From Alphaproteobacteria bacterium (lineage in GTDB: Bacteria > Pseudomonadota > Alphaproteobacteria > UBA828), in the NCBI GenBank assembly GCA_965220745.1, contig CBDCQT010000010.1, positions 160,001-224,000 of the forward strand: a stretch of 64,000 bases of DNA. Direction: 5' to 3'. The translations under genes and the position numbers were made by a program. This document shows positions 61,717 to 64,000 of the stretch, one piece after another. The notes below the pieces were generated by a model that did not search any database, was not told where the DNA came from, and saw only the letters and a program-made list of their open reading frames with translations. Within the stretch, counting starts at the first letter, position 1. Each line of letters begins with the position of its first letter.

Positions 61717-62010
61717 TCAGGCGTCGGTCACGTCGAAGTGCCGGATGCTCGGGGGCTCGGCAAGGGCCTGCTTGAGCCGGTCGCGGACGCCCCTCTCCCG
61801 CTGCCAGGCCAGATACTTCTCGTATTGCTCGTGGGTGTCCCAATCTTCCACCAGGAGCACATTGTCGGCGTCGTCGCTGTTCTGCAGCGTTTCGACTCTC
61901 GTGCAGCCCTCGTAATTGCGCGTCTCCGGAAGGATCGACCTGAAGAACGCAACCACCTCGTCCCCGGTGCCCGGCTTCGCCTTGACTTCGAGAATCACCC
62001 TTACGGCCAT
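61717..62010 (-). CDS. ABM-family (antibiotic biosynthesis monooxygenase-like) protein
   Basis: KAKPG, TRNYEGC, LLVEDWDT; GGGAG RBS. Confidence 0.85.
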   Translation of the reverse strand: MAVRVILEVKAKPGTGDEVVAFFRSILPETRNYEGCTRVETLQNSDDADNVLLVEDWDTHEQYEKYLAWQRERGVRDRLKQALAEPPSIRHFDVTDA

Positions 62011-62098
62011 TTCAAGCTCTCCCGTTTGCGTCCGTAACGCTAACAGCATCGCCGGTCCGTTACACCCGGCCATTCAGGAGTCGATCATGTCCCTGCCG

Positions 62099-64000
62099 TC
62101 AGGAGGGATCGTCCTCCGGCTCGGCCTGAAAGTGCCGGGCGAGGAGGTAACGGTAGAGCTTGAACGCGAGATGTTCCCGGTGCGATTCCAGCCAGCGCCG
62201 GGTGTCGGGCGTTAGCGCCAGAGTCTGGCAGGGCTGGTCTGCGACCACGCTGCTCGCGTTCGCGTCGAGCGCGGCCGCCGGCCAGATCGCATCGCCGGGG
62301 CCAAGCTGGTAGAGCCGCGCGCCGGCATCATCGTATGCAGAGGCCCGGCCGGATAGCAGCAGCTGAAGGCCTTCGTCCGGTGCGTCTGGCCCGGCGAGGG
62401 GCTGGCCTGCGGCATAGTCGCGAGGATGCAGCCACTCCCCAAGGTCCGCGATCAGGTCCTCGAACTGAATCTGCCGATCCAGGTAGCGCTCCAGGTCTTC
62501 GCCGGCGTGCTCCAGTATTTCCGTGCGCCGCTTTCCTGCCGCGCCTACGTCAGCTCTCCAGGCCGCGATGACGATGTCCTCGCAGCGTTCGAGCGCGCGG
62601 TCCGCATTCGGCTCCACCAGCAGTTCGGCGAACGCGGACGGCGGCAGGGTACGCTCCAGCCCGACCCGCAACGGTTCGGCGACCCCGCACAGAACCACCT
62701 TAACCCCGGCCGCGTCGGCTCGTTGCAGGAACCTGCCGAGGACGCTGACCGCAGAGAAGTCGAAGCCGGAGACGCGGGCGAAGTCCAGCATCAGACAGGC
62801 CGGCGGCGAAGGGCCGCTCAGGGCTTGCCGGAGCTGATCGGCCAGGGGCACGACGCTGCCGAAAAAGATGTAGCCGCGCAGGCGATACGCCTGCACCCGG
62901 TCTCCCTCAGCCAGCAGAATGGCGTGATCGGTGACAGGTCGGGCCTTGTTGCTCTGGTGCTCGCGCAGGGTGAACCGCGCCTCGACGGAATCCACCCGGC
63001 CGAGGCGAACGGCGAAGAGCACGAGCGTCGCCGCGATGCCGGCGCCCACGCCCTCGAGCAGCCCGAGCGCGATGATGATCGCGAAGATCAGCAGGATGAT
63101 GCCGTACTCTTGTCGGGGCAGCCGCTTCCAGCTTTTCACCAGCCCCTCGTCCAGCATGCCGGCGCCGGCAAAGACCAGCATGCCGCCGACGAGCGGTGCC
63201 GGGACCAGCTCCAGCATCCCGTCGCCGAGCAGCAGTGCAATACCGATGACAAGGGCGGCGATGACGCCGGTGAGCCGCGTCGTTGCGCCGAACAGCTTGC
63301 TGCGCAGCGAGGCGGGAACGACCAGGGTGGACACCGTGCCGCCGCCCAGGCCGGAGATCACGGTCGCGAAGCCCTTGGCCCTGAACTCCCGGTCCCAGTC
63401 GAGTTCGCTGTTCACCGCAAGCTCCAGGCCCGCGATGTTCATGACGACGCAAATGAGGGCGACCAGGATCAGCGTCAGCATGTCGGGGATTTGCCCAGCC
63501 ATCGCCGACCAGTCCACATGCGCGAAGTCGGCTGGCGCCCAAACCGGCCACAGGCTTTCCTCTACCGTGCTCGTGAACAGCAGGCCGGCCGCTCTCGCCT
63601 CCTCGCCGCTTATGTCGAGGGCGTAGAGAGCGAGATGGCATGCGCCGACGAAGAGCACGACGCTGACCGGCAGGATCAACGGATGGCGCCAGCGCCTCAT
63701 CGACAGGTAGAGGGCGAGCCCGTAGGCCGCACCCGGCGCCCACTTCCACAGCACGTCGGGATCGAAGAACCCCGGAACCGCCGACCAGTGCGGCTCGACC
63801 CCCATCATGGAGAGCGCCGCGATACAGACGGCGCCGCCGATCCCGGCGACGAACCCGCCCGCGACCGGGTAGGGAATGAAGCGCACCACGTTGGCGAGAC
63901 GAAATTGGCCGATGATGAGGCAGAACACGCCGGTGGCGACGGCGGCGATAATCAGCGCGACCGCCGTGGTGACGAACAGCGCATGACCCTCGGCCGCCAT
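62099..64000 (-). CDS. SulP-family transporter with STAS and cNMP-like domains (5' end outside window)
   Basis: RFIPYPVAGGF, LRGYIFFGS, LDFARVSGFDFSA. Confidence 0.9.
   Translation of the reverse strand: MAAEGHALFVTTAVALIIAAVATGVFCLIIGQFRLANVVRFIPYPVAGGFVAGIGGAVCIAALSMMGVEPHWSAVPGFFDPDVLWKWAPGAAYGLALYLSMRRWRHPLILPVSVVLFVGACHLALYALDISGEEARAAGLLFTSTVEESLWPVWAPADFAHVDWSAMAGQIPDMLTLILVALICVVMNIAGLELAVNSELDWDREFRAKGFATVISGLGGGTVSTLVVPASLRSKLFGATTRLTGVIAALVIGIALLLGDGMLELVPAPLVGGMLVFAGAGMLDEGLVKSWKRLPRQEYGIILLIFAIIIALGLLEGVGAGIAATLVLFAVRLGRVDSVEARFTLREHQSNKARPVTDHAILLAEGDRVQAYRLRGYIFFGSVVPLADQLRQALSGPSPPACLMLDFARVSGFDFSAVSVLGRFLQRADAAGVKVVLCGVAEPLRVGLERTLPPSAFAELLVEPNADRALERCEDIVIAAWRADVGAAGKRRTEILEHAGEDLERYLDRQIQFEDLIADLGEWLHPRDYAAGQPLAGPDAPDEGLQLLLSGRASAYDDAGARLYQLGPGDAIWPAAALDANASSVVADQPCQTLALTPDTRRWLESHREHLAFKLYRYLLARHFQAEPEDDPS

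Overview
GC-rich, probably alphaproteobacterial DNA in two halves; degraded Sel1 and Calx-beta-like fragments are compatible with a host-associated genome, but that is inference. 1-27.9 kb is a pile of nested mobile elements: an IS66 tnpC split by a 2.6-kb large-serine-recombinase (LSR) element, an IS1595 remnant with a CTAG MITE, a low-GC cassette of small secreted Cys-rich peptides, a tandem-integrase/S24 repressor/VirD4/AlpA island remnant, IS1634 inside IS1380, ParDE, a complete IS21, an ORF-less group II intron and an IS66-type MITE. 28-64 kb is metabolic: purM, kynU, a non-pyrrolysine MttB/corrinoid demethylation cluster, a putatively iron-regulated DUF4856-like locus, ATP-grasp/alpha-E/transglutaminase, a three-gene nitrile hydratase between two amidohydrolases, orphan ABC permeases, an IS1111-type IS110 inside a TTAA element, and SulP. 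Top finding: the LSR element has readable attL/attR sites (shared AAG, symmetric 9-bp arms). Excision on paper both restores the IS66 transposase frame and joins an RBS+ATG at one end to a start-less ORF at the other, creating a ~166-aa gene that exists only in the excised circle.
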